A DNA stretch of 64,000 nt from an uncultured Chloroflexia bacterium (GTDB taxonomy: Bacteria; Chloroflexota; Limnocylindria; Limnocylindrales; CSP1-4). Of the stretch, positions 41,140 to 51,236 are shown piece after piece. The stretch's first letter is position 1. Each line of letters begins with the position of its first letter. Position numbers and translations under genes: made by a program. The DNA lies in NCBI GenBank assembly GCA_963813335.1, contig CAWEYL010000001.1, positions 1,088,001 to 1,152,000 on the forward strand. Reading direction: 5' to 3'. Below the pieces are notes generated by a model, which was given only the letters and a program-made list of their open reading frames with translations, was not told where the DNA came from and did no database searches.

Positions 41140-42756
41140 TCAGAGGGTCAGGCGCGAGATCGGCACCCAGTACCCGGAGAGGGTGCCGGCGGTGATGTGC
41201 GCGTAGCGGAGCCCGCCGTACATCGCGGTGGCGTCGAACGGCGCGCTGCTGACCGTCGGGATGGTGATGCGCCGGGTCGAGGTCGGAAGCCCGCGGCTGT
41301 CGAACCGCGACCCGGTCGTCTTGCCGACCAGGAAGAGCGCGGTCCGCTGGGGCGTGTAGCGCGTCTCGCCGTAGCGACCCATCGCGTTGATGCGCCCGGC
41401 GCGCTCCGGGACCCAGTAGCCGGCCAATGACCCGGCCTTGATGTGGTAGTAGACCCCTCGCCCGATGATCCGGCTGTAGCGGTCGGCCGGGGCGCTCGAC
41501 GTCCTCGGGAGCTGGATCGTCCGCTGCCGGGTGATGCGACCCTTCGAGTCGAAGACGTAGCCCGTCACCGTCCCGGCCGCGAACCGCACCGTCGACGAGA
41601 AGGTCGTGGGGTAGTCGTCCCGGTAGCGGTCGGCGGTCCTGGCGAACCGCACGTCCCCGGTCGCCGTCTGGACCTGGAGCAGCTGCGTGGTCACGATCTC
41701 GTGGTACTTGGCGGTCAGCGTCCCGTGCGCCAGGCAATACCGGCTGATCCAGCTGGGGTTCCGGAAGCCGCCGCTCGCGAGGGACGCATAGTGCAGGACC
41801 GTGGTGACGCTGCCATCGAATAGCTGGGTCGCCACCGGGTCCTCGGTCTCCTGCTGGTAATCGTGCAGCCCGAACAGCGCGAAGACGTGGCCGTTGAACG
41901 TGAAGTCGGAGTCGGCCGGCTGGGGCATCGGGTACTCCTCGAGCCAGAGGTAGCCGGCCGCGTCGACCTGGGTGACCCATGGGAGATCGGCCTCGGGAAG
42001 ATTGGAGAGGCTGGCGGCGGCACCGTCGGCCGCGTCCATCCAGGCCGTGTCCGCCGTGGCCTGGAAGAGCCGCACGAAGAGGCTGAGGGCCAGGCCCTGG
42101 GCCATCGCGCTGTACCACGGGGCGCGCTCCAGGAAGGCCGAGTTTCCGTGGAGCTCGAAGTCGAACGGGTAGGGGAAGTACCACGCGCCCCTCGAGATCA
42201 CCTTGGTGTCGACCAGCCGCTGCGCCTGGGCCAGTGCCCGGTCGAGGTAGCGCTGGTCCTGGGTCAGGTCGTAGCTCGCGAGGTTGGCGAGCCCGTAGTT
42301 CGCCTGGGCGACCGGGTGGTCGTACAGGTTCGAGCCGATCTGGAACATGCGGACTCCGCCCGCATCGTGGGCGCCTGTGTCGACGATCGCGATCGGCGTG
42401 GTCAGGGCGTACGGCCGGAGCGGCGCCGGGACGGGCAGCGGGACGAAGTGGCCGGTGGTGAACGGGGTGGTCGGCAGGGTCAGCGACGTGACCGAGCGGC
42501 GGGAGCCGGTCGGCGCCGGGTCGGCCTGGGCGCGGAGGATCGCGCGGACGTCGCGGCTCGGCGGCGCCGCGACGCCATCGGATGGCAGGCCCGCCCCGAG
42601 GCCGTCGTCGAGCAGCGCGTCGTCGGAGGCGCCGGACAGGACCGGCGGGCCGGCCGCGGCCGCGGGTGCCGCCAGCCCCGCGACAAGGAGCATCGCCAGG
42701 ACCGGGACGATGAGGGCGGAGCGGCGACGTGGCATCGATCCCGTCGCCACGGTCAT
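41140..42756 (-). CDS. Secreted D-glucuronyl C5-epimerase-family protein with two C-terminal repeats
   Basis: Signal peptide; [31 protein letters not shown]. Confidence 0.8.
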   Translation of the reverse strand: MTVATGSMPRRRSALIVPVLAMLLVAGLAAPAAAAGPPVLSGASDDALLDDGLGAGLPSDGVAAPPSRDVRAILRAQADPAPTGSRRSVTSLTLPTTPFTTGHFVPLPVPAPLRPYALTTPIAIVDTGAHDAGGVRMFQIGSNLYDHPVAQANYGLANLASYDLTQDQRYLDRALAQAQRLVDTKVISRGAWYFPYPFDFELHGNSAFLERAPWYSAMAQGLALSLFVRLFQATADTAWMDAADGAAASLSNLPEADLPWVTQVDAAGYLWLEEYPMPQPADSDFTFNGHVFALFGLHDYQQETEDPVATQLFDGSVTTVLHYASLASGGFRNPSWISRYCLAHGTLTAKYHEIVTTQLLQVQTATGDVRFARTADRYRDDYPTTFSSTVRFAAGTVTGYVFDSKGRITRQRTIQLPRTSSAPADRYSRIIGRGVYYHIKAGSLAGYWVPERAGRINAMGRYGETRYTPQRTALFLVGKTTGSRFDSRGLPTSTRRITIPTVSSAPFDATAMYGGLRYAHITAGTLSGYWVPISRLTL

Positions 42757-44259
42757 GCCTGGTTGTCGATCTGGGCGCGCTGGAGCCGTCCGCTGAAGTC
42801 GACGTAGATCGACTTCCACTCGGTGAACGTGTCGAGTGCGGCGTGGCCCGCCTCGCGGTGGCCGTTGCCGGTCTCCTTCCAGCCGCCGAACGGCAGGTGG
42901 GTCTCGGCGCCGGTGGTGCCCGCGTTCACGTAGACGATCCCGGTCTCGAAGTCGCGCATCGCGCGGAACGCCTGGTTCACGTCGGCGGTGTAGATGCTCG
43001 ACGACAGCCCGTAGCGGGTCTGGTTGAGCGCGAGCATCGCCTCGCCGTAGTCGCCGACCGGGATGACCGAGAGGACCGGGCCGAAGATCTCCTCCTGGCC
43101 GATGCGGTCCATCGGCCGGACGCCGCTGAAGATCGTCGGCTCGAAGAAATGGCCGTTGGCGAGCTCGCCGGCCGTCGCGCGACCGCCGCCGGTGATCAGC
43201 TCGCCCTCGCGCGCGCCCGATGGGCATGTACGAGTCGACCTTGTCGAGGGCGCCCGCGTTGATGAGCGGCCCGACGTCGGTCGTCTCGTCCAGGCCGGGC
43301 CCGAGTCGGAGCTTCTTCGCGCGTGCTTCGAGGCGCTGCAGCAGCGGCTCCACGACCTCGCGCTGGACGATGACGCGGGAGCAGGCCGTGCAGCGCTGCC
43401 CGGTCGTCCCGAACGCCGACCACAGGATCCCGTCCGCGGCCAGGTCGAGGTCCGCGTCCGCGAGGACGACCACGCCGTTCTTGCCGCCGAGCTCCATCGC
43501 GAGCCGCTTGAGCCGGTGGCCCGCCTTGACGGCGATCTGCCGGCCGGTGGCGGAGCTGCCGGTGAACGAGATGACCGAGATGTCGGCGTTCTCGACGATC
43601 GCGTCGCCGACCTCGCCGCCCGAGCCCGTCACGAGGTTCACGACCCCGGGCGGGACGCCGGCCTCGGCCATGAGCTCCACGAGCAGCGTCGCGCAATGCG
43701 GCGTGTCGCTGGCGGGCTTGAACACCACGACGTTGCCCGTGACGAGGGCCGGCATGATCTTCCAGCACGGGATCGCCATCGGGAAGTTCCACGGCGTGAC
43801 GATCCCGGCGATCCCGATCGGCTGGCGGATGCTCATCGCCCACTTGTCGGGGAGCTCCGACGGGGTCGTGTCGCCGAACATCCGGCGGCCCTCGCCGGCC
43901 ATCAGGAAGGCGATATCGATGCCCTCCTGGACGTCACCGCGGGCCTCCGACAGGACCTTGCCCATCTCGCGGGTCATGGCCCGGGCGAGCCGCTCCTTGT
44001 GCTGGGCCATGAGCGCCCCGAAGGCGTACAGGATCTCGCCGCGCTTGGGCGCCGGGGTCCGCTGCCACATGCCCTTGGCGGCCTCGGCCGCTCTCACCGC
44101 CATGGCGACATCGGCCCTGGTCCCCTGCTGGAACCGCCCGATGACGTCGCGGGTGTCCGCGGGGTTGCGGCTCTCGAAGGTCTGGCCGCTGGTGGAGTCG
44201 CACCACTCCCCGGCGATGAAGTTGCGGAACGTTGGCGTCTCGACGGCGGTCTCGGTCAT
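42753..44259 (-). CDS. NAD-dependent aldehyde dehydrogenase; frameshift near 43215
   Basis: TPWNFP, FTGS, ELGGK, GQRCT, EEIFGPV, PFGG. Confidence 0.93.
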
Positions 44260-44276
44260 GGTGCCATCGTAGGAGG

Positions 44277-44981
44277 TCAGGCGGCCGCCGGCGCATCGCC
44301 GCAGCGCCAGCGCAGCAGGCCGCCGTACCGGGCCGGGGCGCCCGGCGGGGGACCGCTCTCGGGATCTGCCGCCTGGCCGACGTCGAAACGGGCGATGCCG
44401 CCCCGTCCGTCGGCGTCGAGCTGGACATGCACGGGTCCGGCATCGGTCGTGTAGTTCGCGATCAGCCCGCCATGGGCGGTGTCGGTCGCATGGAACTCGA
44501 ACGCCGGCGCGGCGAAGGACAACCAGGCGTCGTAGTCCACCGTCCCGTTGCTGGCCGGCAGGCCGGAGATCTCGGTCACGGTCGTCCGGCCCTCGTCCCA
44601 GAGGCACCACGCCGATGCCTCGGTCGCCACGGTGAGCGGCTCCTGGAGGCAGACACGCCAGCGGCCGCCGCCCAGATCGCTGGTGTCCGTCTCGCCGCCG
44701 GCCTCCGGCACATCGCCCGGTCCGGGCTGCTGGCTGAGCTCGCACGCCACGTCCGGGGCCGGCGACGCCGACGGGTCGCTGGTGATCGCTGGGCCGGACG
44801 TCGCGGGCGGCCCGGCGCTGGATGGCACGCTCGATGCGTCGGCGCTCGGCGACGTCGCGCCCGACGGCGCGGTCGCGTCAGCGCAGCCGGAGGCGGCGAG
44901 CACCACGAAGACGACGAGCGCCACGGCTCCTCTGGGCCGCCCACCCGCCCAGCCTCGCGATGCGATGCCTCGCCCGCGCAT
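44277..44981 (-). CDS. Hypothetical lipoprotein
   Basis: Hydrophobic stretch + ASGC lipobox-like motif, P/S linker, 4 further Cys. Confidence 0.65.
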   Translation of the reverse strand: MRGRGIASRGWAGGRPRGAVALVVFVVLAASGCADATAPSGATSPSADASSVPSSAGPPATSGPAITSDPSASPAPDVACELSQQPGPGDVPEAGGETDTSDLGGGRWRVCLQEPLTVATEASAWCLWDEGRTTVTEISGLPASNGTVDYDAWLSFAAPAFEFHATDTAHGGLIANYTTDAGPVHVQLDADGRGGIARFDVGQAADPESGPPPGAPARYGGLLRWRCGDAPAAA

Positions 44982-44987
44982 CCGGCG

Positions 44988-46229
44988 TCAGACCCGCTCG
45001 ACCGCCATCGCGACCGAGCCGCCACCGCCAAGGCAGAGGGTCGCGAGGCCGTAGCGGCCGCCGCGCCGCTGCAGCTCGTGGGTCAGGGTGGCGATGATCC
45101 GGGCACCGCTCGCCCCGATCGGGTGGCCGAGCGCGATCGCGCCGCCGTTCACATTGACCTTGTCCCAGTCGAAGCCGAGCTCGCGGCCGTCGGCGAGGGT
45201 CTGTGCGGCGAACGCCTCGTTGATCTCGATGAGGTCGAACGCCTCGATCGGCAGCTCGACGCGGTCGAGCAGGCGGCGGACACCCTCGATCGGCGCGAGG
45301 AACAGCCACTTGGGCGCGACCTCGGCCTGGGCGTAGCCGACGATGCGGGCCAGCGGCGTGAGCCCGAGCCGCTCGACGGCCCGCTCGCTCGCGACGACCG
45401 TCGCCGCCGCGCCGTCGGTGATCCCGGGCGCGTTCCCCGCGGTGACCGTGCCGACCGAGGCGGCGCCGCGGTCCTCGCCCTCGGGCAGCGCGAAGGCCGG
45501 CTTCAGGCGTTCGAGCGCCTCCATCGTCGAATCGCGGCGCGGGCCCTCGTCGACGGTCACGATCGTCTCGCGGCCCCGCGCGTCGCGCACCGTCACCGGC
45601 GCCAGCTCGGCGTCGAAGCGGCCGGCGTCGATGGCGGCGATCGCCTTCTGGTGGCTGGCCAGCGCGAACGCGTCCTGGTCGGCGCGGCTGACCCCGTCCT
45701 TGATCGCCACGCGCTCGGCGTGGGTGCCCATGTGGCAGTCCTCGATGGCGCACCACAGGCCGTCGTGGACGGTCGCGTCGATCAGCTCGCCGTTGCCGAG
45801 GCGGAGCCCGAAGCGCGCCCCGGGAACCAGGTACGGCGCCTGGTTCATCGATTCCATGCCGCCGGCGACCGCGAGCTCCGCGTCGCCCGCCCGGATCTCG
45901 GCGGCGGCCAGCATGATCGCCTTGAGTCCCGAACCGCAGACCCGGTTGATCGTCGTCGCGGACGTGGTCTCGGCGAGGCCCGCCTTGAGCGCGGCCTGCC
46001 GTGCCGGCGCCTGGCCGACGCCGGCCTGGAGGACCTGGCCCATCAGGACCTCGTCGATGGCGGCTGTTGCGGGATCCAGCCCGGCCCGCTCGACGGCGGC
46101 GCGGATCGCGACGCCGCCCAGCTCCGTCGCCGGGACGGTGCTCAGCGCCCCGCCGAACTTGCCGATCGGCGTTCGCGCCGCGCTGACGATGTAGACGTGC
46201 CCGTTCGGGCCGAGAGGATCCTGGGTCAT
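44988..46229 (-). CDS. Acetyl-CoA C-acetyltransferase (thiolase)
   Basis: [34 protein letters not shown]. Confidence 0.96.
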   Translation of the reverse strand: MTQDPLGPNGHVYIVSAARTPIGKFGGALSTVPATELGGVAIRAAVERAGLDPATAAIDEVLMGQVLQAGVGQAPARQAALKAGLAETTSATTINRVCGSGLKAIMLAAAEIRAGDAELAVAGGMESMNQAPYLVPGARFGLRLGNGELIDATVHDGLWCAIEDCHMGTHAERVAIKDGVSRADQDAFALASHQKAIAAIDAGRFDAELAPVTVRDARGRETIVTVDEGPRRDSTMEALERLKPAFALPEGEDRGAASVGTVTAGNAPGITDGAAATVVASERAVERLGLTPLARIVGYAQAEVAPKWLFLAPIEGVRRLLDRVELPIEAFDLIEINEAFAAQTLADGRELGFDWDKVNVNGGAIALGHPIGASGARIIATLTHELQRRGGRYGLATLCLGGGGSVAMAVERV

Positions 46230-46270
46230 GGCTCGATGCTACACGTGATGGCCAGCGGGGCAGCCCCGCC

Positions 46271-47140
46271 TCACCGTCCCTCGCGCGGGTAGGTGTAGAA
46301 GCCCTGGCCGGTCTTCTGGCCGAGGTGGCCGGCCTTCACGAGGTCGAGCAGCACCCGCGGCGGGTGCATGTGCTCCTGGCTGAGGCCGTCCTCGAGCACG
46401 CGCATGATCCCGAGCACGACATCGAGCCCGATGAAGTCCGCGAGCTCGAGCGGCCCCATCGGGTGGTTGAGCCCGACGCGCGCCCCGGTGTCGATGTCCT
46501 CGGCGGTTCCGATCCCCTGCTGAAGGGCGCGCATCGCCTCCGCGAGGAACGGGATCAGGATCCGGTTGACGATGAACCCCGGCCGGTCCGCCGCGACGAT
46601 GACCTGCTTGCCCAGCTCCTCGGACAGCGCCCGCACGGTCTCGACCGTCTCGTCCGAGGTCGCCTGGCCGCGGATCAGCTCCACGAGCGGCATGACCGGC
46701 ACCGGGCTGAAGAAGTGCATGCCCAGGAACCGCTCTCGCCGCGTCGGCGCGGTCGCCTCGGCCAGCCGGTGGATGGCGATCGAGCTCGTGTTCGAAGCGA
46801 AGATCGCGTCGGGCGTGGCGAGCCGGTCGAGCGACCGCCACAGCTCCTGCTTGACCCCAATGTCTTCGAAGACGGCCTCGATGACGATGTCCGCGTCGGC
46901 GACATGGCCGAGGTCCGACGTCGCGATGATCCGGGCGAGCGTCGCGTCGCGGTCCGCCTGGGACACCCGGCCCTTCGCCACCGACCGGTCGAGGTTGCCG
47001 GCGATCCGCCCGAGGCCGGCCTCGGCGCGCTCGAGGTCGGGTTCGTAGAGGACCACGGCCTTGCCGACCGCCGCGTGCACTTGCGCGATGCCGTGGCCCA
47101 TGAGGCCGGCGCCCGCCACGAAGACCCGCTCGATCGTCAC
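46271..47140 (-). CDS. hbd: 3-hydroxybutyryl-CoA dehydrogenase family
   Basis: GAGLMGHGIA, IEAVFE, SNTSS, GMHFFSPVP, PGFIVNR, HPMGPL. Confidence 0.9.
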   Translation of the reverse strand: MTIERVFVAGAGLMGHGIAQVHAAVGKAVVLYEPDLERAEAGLGRIAGNLDRSVAKGRVSQADRDATLARIIATSDLGHVADADIVIEAVFEDIGVKQELWRSLDRLATPDAIFASNTSSIAIHRLAEATAPTRRERFLGMHFFSPVPVMPLVELIRGQATSDETVETVRALSEELGKQVIVAADRPGFIVNRILIPFLAEAMRALQQGIGTAEDIDTGARVGLNHPMGPLELADFIGLDVVLGIMRVLEDGLSQEHMHPPRVLLDLVKAGHLGQKTGQGFYTYPREGR

Positions 47141-47243
47141 GGCAGCAGAGTACCAACGAGGTGACGGCGGCGGGTCGCGGCGGATGCGCGGGTCGCGGCG
47201 GTCCCGTAAGGCCCGGATACGAGCGGATCCACATCATCGACGC

Positions 47244-47894
47244 ATGCCGTTCCGCGAGACAGCCTCCGAACGAGGTGCCCGACGCGGCCGCCGGTTGGTC
47301 GGCCGAATCGCAGAAGGGCTTGCGAACGCACGAAGGTCGAGCGGACTGAGTCTGCGGGATGTCGCTCGACAGCTCCGTGTCGGGCATGCACGCGTCGCCA
47401 GGGCGGAACGCGGCGATCGTTCTGCTCTGACGATCGACTTCGCCTCTCGATATGCGGCGATCGTCGGCTATGAACTCGGCGTGACCCTGCATCCGGACGG
47501 CGAGCCGGTCCGCGACAAGGCGCATCTGGCCCTGATCGCCCGCTTCCGGGCACGCCTCGCGCCGGGCGTTCGCGTTCGGACCGAGGTCCCGATCCCGATC
47601 GCCGGCGACCGACGCAGCGCCGACCTTGTCCTGGGTGTCGCGACCCTCGACATCCTCGTCGAAGCGGAGACTCGCCTGGATGACGTCCAGGCAACGGAGC
47701 GGAACATCGCCGGGAAGCAACGAGACCTGGCCGCGGAACGCGTCGTGCTCCTCGTCGCCGACACGAGGCACAACCGCGAGGTGATCCGCGGGGTTCCCGA
47801 ACTCCGCGCCCGGTTCCCGGTCGACACTCGAACGTGCCTGGCAGCGCTCAAGGACGGGATCGACCCGGGCGGGGACAGCCTCGTCATCCTGTGA
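47244..47894 (+). CDS. XRE-type HTH fused to a PD-(D/E)XK-like nuclease-fold domain
   Basis: LANARRSSGLSLRDVA..VARAERG; C-terminal TEVPI..SADLVL..LVEAET. Confidence 0.7.
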   Translation: MPFRETASERGARRGRRLVGRIAEGLANARRSSGLSLRDVARQLRVGHARVARAERGDRSALTIDFASRYAAIVGYELGVTLHPDGEPVRDKAHLALIARFRARLAPGVRVRTEVPIPIAGDRRSADLVLGVATLDILVEAETRLDDVQATERNIAGKQRDLAAERVVLLVADTRHNREVIRGVPELRARFPVDTRTCLAALKDGIDPGGDSLVIL

Positions 47895-47911
47895 TAGCTG
47901 CCTGCGACATC

Positions 47912-48116
47912 GGTCCAGGAATCAGACCGTCCGACGAACGACCTCATCGCTCGAGCATCGGTTTCGTCTGGGTATGGCCGAGCTGGTCGATCGAAACCGT
48001 CGCTCGGGGCCGGCGACGGGCCCCAGCACCACCATTTCGGCCCATCCCAGCCGGCACCGGCGGATACGGGGGCGCCCGATGGCAGATCCCTTCGCCGGAT
48101 GGTCCAGGATCGGACC
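47912..48116. repeat. ~205-bp imperfect palindrome just downstream of the HTH-nuclease gene
   Basis: Nested complementary blocks GGTCC/GGACC, GACCGTCCGACGAA/TTCGCCGGATGGTC, CTGGGTATGGCCGAGCTGGT/ACCATTTCGGCCCATCCCAG, CCGTCGC/GCGACGG. Confidence 0.75.
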
Positions 48117-48117
48117 A

Positions 48118-48229
48118 GCGAGCAGAGCCAGGCGGCCTGGGCCGCGAGCAGAGCCAGGCGGCCTGGGCCGCGAGCAGAGCCAGGCGGCATGGGCCGCGAG
48201 CATGGCCAGGCGGCATGGGCCGCGAGCAG
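48118..48229. repeat. 26-bp tandem repeat, ~4.3 copies
   Basis: GCGAGCAGAGCCAGGCGGCCTGGGCC at 48118 and 48144; variants at 48170 and 48196; partial copy at 48222. Confidence 0.92.
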
Positions 48230-48259
48230 CGCGACTCCCCGCAGCCCGACCGCCCGAGC

Positions 48260-49255
48260 CTAGCGCTCCGCGAGGGCCGCCAGCAGCCGGTCCGCCGCCG
48301 TGTAGGGGTCGAGACGGTGCGCGGCGACCTCGCCCAGGACCCCGTCGGTGGTGGCGCGCCGGCCGGGCGCCTCCAGCGCGGCCCGCACCCGCTCCCCGAC
48401 GATCGCCCAGACCTGGCTCTCCGCCCGGCGGCGACGGGCCGCTCCCCCGGCTGCCGCTTCCCGTCCGGCCGCCCGGTGCCGGTCGAGGGCCACCAGCAGC
48501 TCGGGCACGCCGGCCCCGGTCGAGGCGGTCGTGACCAGCACGTCGGGGCGCTTCGGCCGGGGCCGGTCGTCGCCGTCGGCGGCCGCGCCGCGCGCCGTGG
48601 TCGGCATCAGCATCGCGCGCAGCTGGGAGGCGGTCCGCGCGGCACCGGGCTTGTCGCCCTTGTTGACCACGACCAGGTCGGCGACCTCCAGCAGGCCCGC
48701 CTTGATCGCCTGGACCTCGTCGCCCATCTCGGGCGCCTCCAGCACGACCGTGGTGTCGGCGGCGGCCGCGACCTCGACCTCGCTCTGCCCCGTCCCCACG
48801 GTCTCGATGAGCACGAGGTCGAAGCCGCACGCATCGAGCACGGCCGCCGCGGCCGTGGACGTGGCCGCCAGCCCGCCGGCGTGCCCGCGCGACGCCATCG
48901 AGCGGATGAAGACGTCGCCGTCCTCCGCGTACGACTGCATGCGGACGCGGTCGCCGAGGAGCGCGCCGCCCGTGATCGGGCTCGACGGGTCCACCGCGAT
49001 CACGGCCACGGTCCGGCCGGCCTTGCGGACCTCGGCGATCAGGGACGCCACCAGCGTGGACTTCCCCGCCCCGGGCGGCCCGGTGATCCCGACGAGGTGG
49101 GCGCCCCCGGCCATCGGGTAGAGGCGGCGCAGCGCGGCCTCGGCGACCGGGGTGTGGTTCTCGACCGCGGTCAGGAGCCGCGCGGTCGCGAGTCGGTCGC
49201 CGCCGACGGCCGCATCGACCAGCGCGGACGCCCGGGACGCCGCGTCGTCCCGCAC
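48260..49255 (-). CDS. meaB: Acyl-CoA mutase-associated GTPase MeaB
   Basis: GITGPPGAGKS, AVDPSSP..GGALLGDRVRM, ETVGTGQSE, NKGD. Confidence 0.94.
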   Translation of the reverse strand: MRDDAASRASALVDAAVGGDRLATARLLTAVENHTPVAEAALRRLYPMAGGAHLVGITGPPGAGKSTLVASLIAEVRKAGRTVAVIAVDPSSPITGGALLGDRVRMQSYAEDGDVFIRSMASRGHAGGLAATSTAAAAVLDACGFDLVLIETVGTGQSEVEVAAAADTTVVLEAPEMGDEVQAIKAGLLEVADLVVVNKGDKPGAARTASQLRAMLMPTTARGAAADGDDRPRPKRPDVLVTTASTGAGVPELLVALDRHRAAGREAAAGGAARRRRAESQVWAIVGERVRAALEAPGRRATTDGVLGEVAAHRLDPYTAADRLLAALAER

Positions 49256-49256
49256 C

Positions 49257-49661
49257 CTACGTACGGGGTCGCGCGTTGGCCCGCAGGTAGTCGGCGACCT
49301 GCGCGATGGTGGTGCCCGGCCCGAAGACCTCCGCGACCCCGGCGGTCTTGAGGGCAGCGCGGTCCACGTCGGGGATGATCCCGCCGACGGTCACCAGGAC
49401 GTCGCCCATCCCCTGGTCGACGAGGAGCTTGGTCACCCGTGGCACGAGCGTCATGTGGGCGCCCGACAGGATCGAGAGGCCGACCACGTCGACGTCCTCC
49501 TGGAGCGCGGCCGTGGCGATCATCTCGGGCGTCTGGCGCAGCCCGGTGTAGACGACCTCGAAGCCTTCGTCGCGCAGGCCGCGCGCCAGCACCTTCGCGC
49601 CGCGGTCGTGGCCGTCGAGTCCGGGCTTGGCGATGAGCACCTTGAGCGGGCGGTCCGTCAT
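49257..49661 (-). CDS. Cobalamin-binding small subunit of an acyl-CoA mutase
   Basis: [26 protein letters not shown]. Confidence 0.95.
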   Translation of the reverse strand: MTDRPLKVLIAKPGLDGHDRGAKVLARGLRDEGFEVVYTGLRQTPEMIATAALQEDVDVVGLSILSGAHMTLVPRVTKLLVDQGMGDVLVTVGGIIPDVDRAALKTAGVAEVFGPGTTIAQVADYLRANARPRT

Positions 49662-49700
49662 GCGCGGATTGTAGGTTCACCGGTGGGGCATCATGCCGCC

Positions 49701-51155
49701 ATGCCGCCCGACGCTCCTGACGCGTCCCTCGACGACTTCCGCGACGCCCAGCGCGGGCACCGCTTCACCGCCCGCCTCCGCGCGATCCCGGCCGTCCTCG
49801 CCGCGGCCGCGATGGGCATCCCGCTCTCCGTCTACCTCTCCCCGGTCCTGCTCGCGCTCGCGATCCTGGTCAGCGACCTGGTCAACCTCGTCATCCCGAT
49901 GCCCGACGTGGGCGGCGAGGTCAGCGGCCTGATCGAACGGCTCCTGGACGGCGATCCCGGCACGTTCCAGGCCGTCGCCTGGATCCTGGTCGTCTGGCTC
50001 GTCCCGGGGATCATCGGGCTGACCGTGGCGTATCTCCTCGTCCGCTGGCGCCTCGGGGAGATCGGCGGCGACGGCATCGCGGCAGGCCTCGGCGCGCGCG
50101 GCCCGAACCCGGACGACCCCGAGGAGCGTCAGCTCGTCGACGTCGTCCACGAGCTCGCCATCGCGGCGTCGATCCATCCGCCGCGCGTCCTGCTCTACGA
50201 CGAGGGCGCCGCCAACGCCTTCGTCTACGGCCGTCATCCGGACGACGCGACCGTGGTGGTCGGCCGGGCCATGCTTGGCGAGCTCGACCGCGAGGCGACC
50301 CAGGGCGCGATCGCCCGCCTGATCGCGTCAGCCGGCGACGGGGACCTGGGCCTCGCGACCGACATCGGCGCGGTCTACGTCACGTACGGGCTGCTGACGA
50401 CCACGCTGAGCGCCGTGGTGAGCCCGGCGGCCAGGGTGCGGCTGCGAAGCGCGGTCCGGGCCCTGCGCGGTCGACCGGCCGCGGATCCCCGCACGGACCC
50501 CGGGATCGCCGGCCTCCTCGGCCTGCCACCGGACGACGACATCCCGGACGACACGAAGAGCGGCTGCCTGGTCCTGCTCACGATGGGCGGGTTGATCGCG
50601 GTGGGGATGTCGCTGGTGAACCTGTTCCTCGCGGGACCGTTGCTGGTCTTCGCGTGGCGGTCGCGCGGCTACCTCGCGGACGCGCTCGCGGTCGACCTGA
50701 CCCGCAACCCGACGGCGCTGGCCGACGCGATCCGGACGCTCGGTGACGGCCGCGGGCTGCCGGGGACGGCGTGGCTGGAACTGCTGCTGGTGGTCGGCGG
50801 CGCATCGGTCTCGAGCTCGACGGACCCGAACGCCGGCCGGACGCTGTCCGACACGGGCCTCGCCGCATCGATCGCCGCGCCGGTCCGGAACCGACTCGCC
50901 CGCCTCGAGCGGATGGGCGCGCAGCGGCCGACCGACGCGTCATCGGCGGTGTCGCGCTCGGGGCCGAGACGCCGCAGCCGGTTCCCGATGTGGCTGGGCA
51001 TCCTGATCATCGCGCCGCTGGTGGCCCTGATCGCGGTGCTCCTCGTGATCGCGGCGGCGCTGATCGTCTACCTCGTCGCCCTGGCCGCGTTCATCATCCT
51101 GGCGATCGTGGCCGGCCCGATCCACGAGTTCCTGCGGGGCCTCGCCGGACGCTGA
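49701..51155 (+). CDS. M48/HtpX-like membrane protein lacking HEXXH
   Basis: ELAIAASIHPPRV, ANAFVYG, YLADALAVDLTRNPTALADA. Confidence 0.7.
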   Translation: MPPDAPDASLDDFRDAQRGHRFTARLRAIPAVLAAAAMGIPLSVYLSPVLLALAILVSDLVNLVIPMPDVGGEVSGLIERLLDGDPGTFQAVAWILVVWLVPGIIGLTVAYLLVRWRLGEIGGDGIAAGLGARGPNPDDPEERQLVDVVHELAIAASIHPPRVLLYDEGAANAFVYGRHPDDATVVVGRAMLGELDREATQGAIARLIASAGDGDLGLATDIGAVYVTYGLLTTTLSAVVSPAARVRLRSAVRALRGRPAADPRTDPGIAGLLGLPPDDDIPDDTKSGCLVLLTMGGLIAVGMSLVNLFLAGPLLVFAWRSRGYLADALAVDLTRNPTALADAIRTLGDGRGLPGTAWLELLLVVGGASVSSSTDPNAGRTLSDTGLAASIAAPVRNRLARLERMGAQRPTDASSAVSRSGPRRRSRFPMWLGILIIAPLVALIAVLLVIAAALIVYLVALAAFIILAIVAGPIHEFLRGLAGR

Positions 51156-51173
51156 GTGCCGGACACCACGAAA

Positions 51174-51207
51174 CGGGGCGGCCGGCCCCCGAAGGCCGAC
51201 CGCCCCG
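51174..51207. terminator. Imperfect hairpin between convergent genes
   Basis: CGGGGCG-CCGGCC-CCCGAA-GGCCG-ACCGCCCCG. Confidence 0.45.
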
Positions 51208-51236
51208 GTCGATGGAACGCGCGAGTGGCGACGCGC

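Noticed and set aside
41140-44745. Apparent 1201-aa ALDH-epimerase fusion ORF
   Set aside because: Artefact of the indel near 43215; the ALDH C-terminus lies in another frame and ends at 42753.
48118-48229. 26-bp repeat as a CRISPR array
   Set aside because: No spacers between the repeats and no cas genes in the window.
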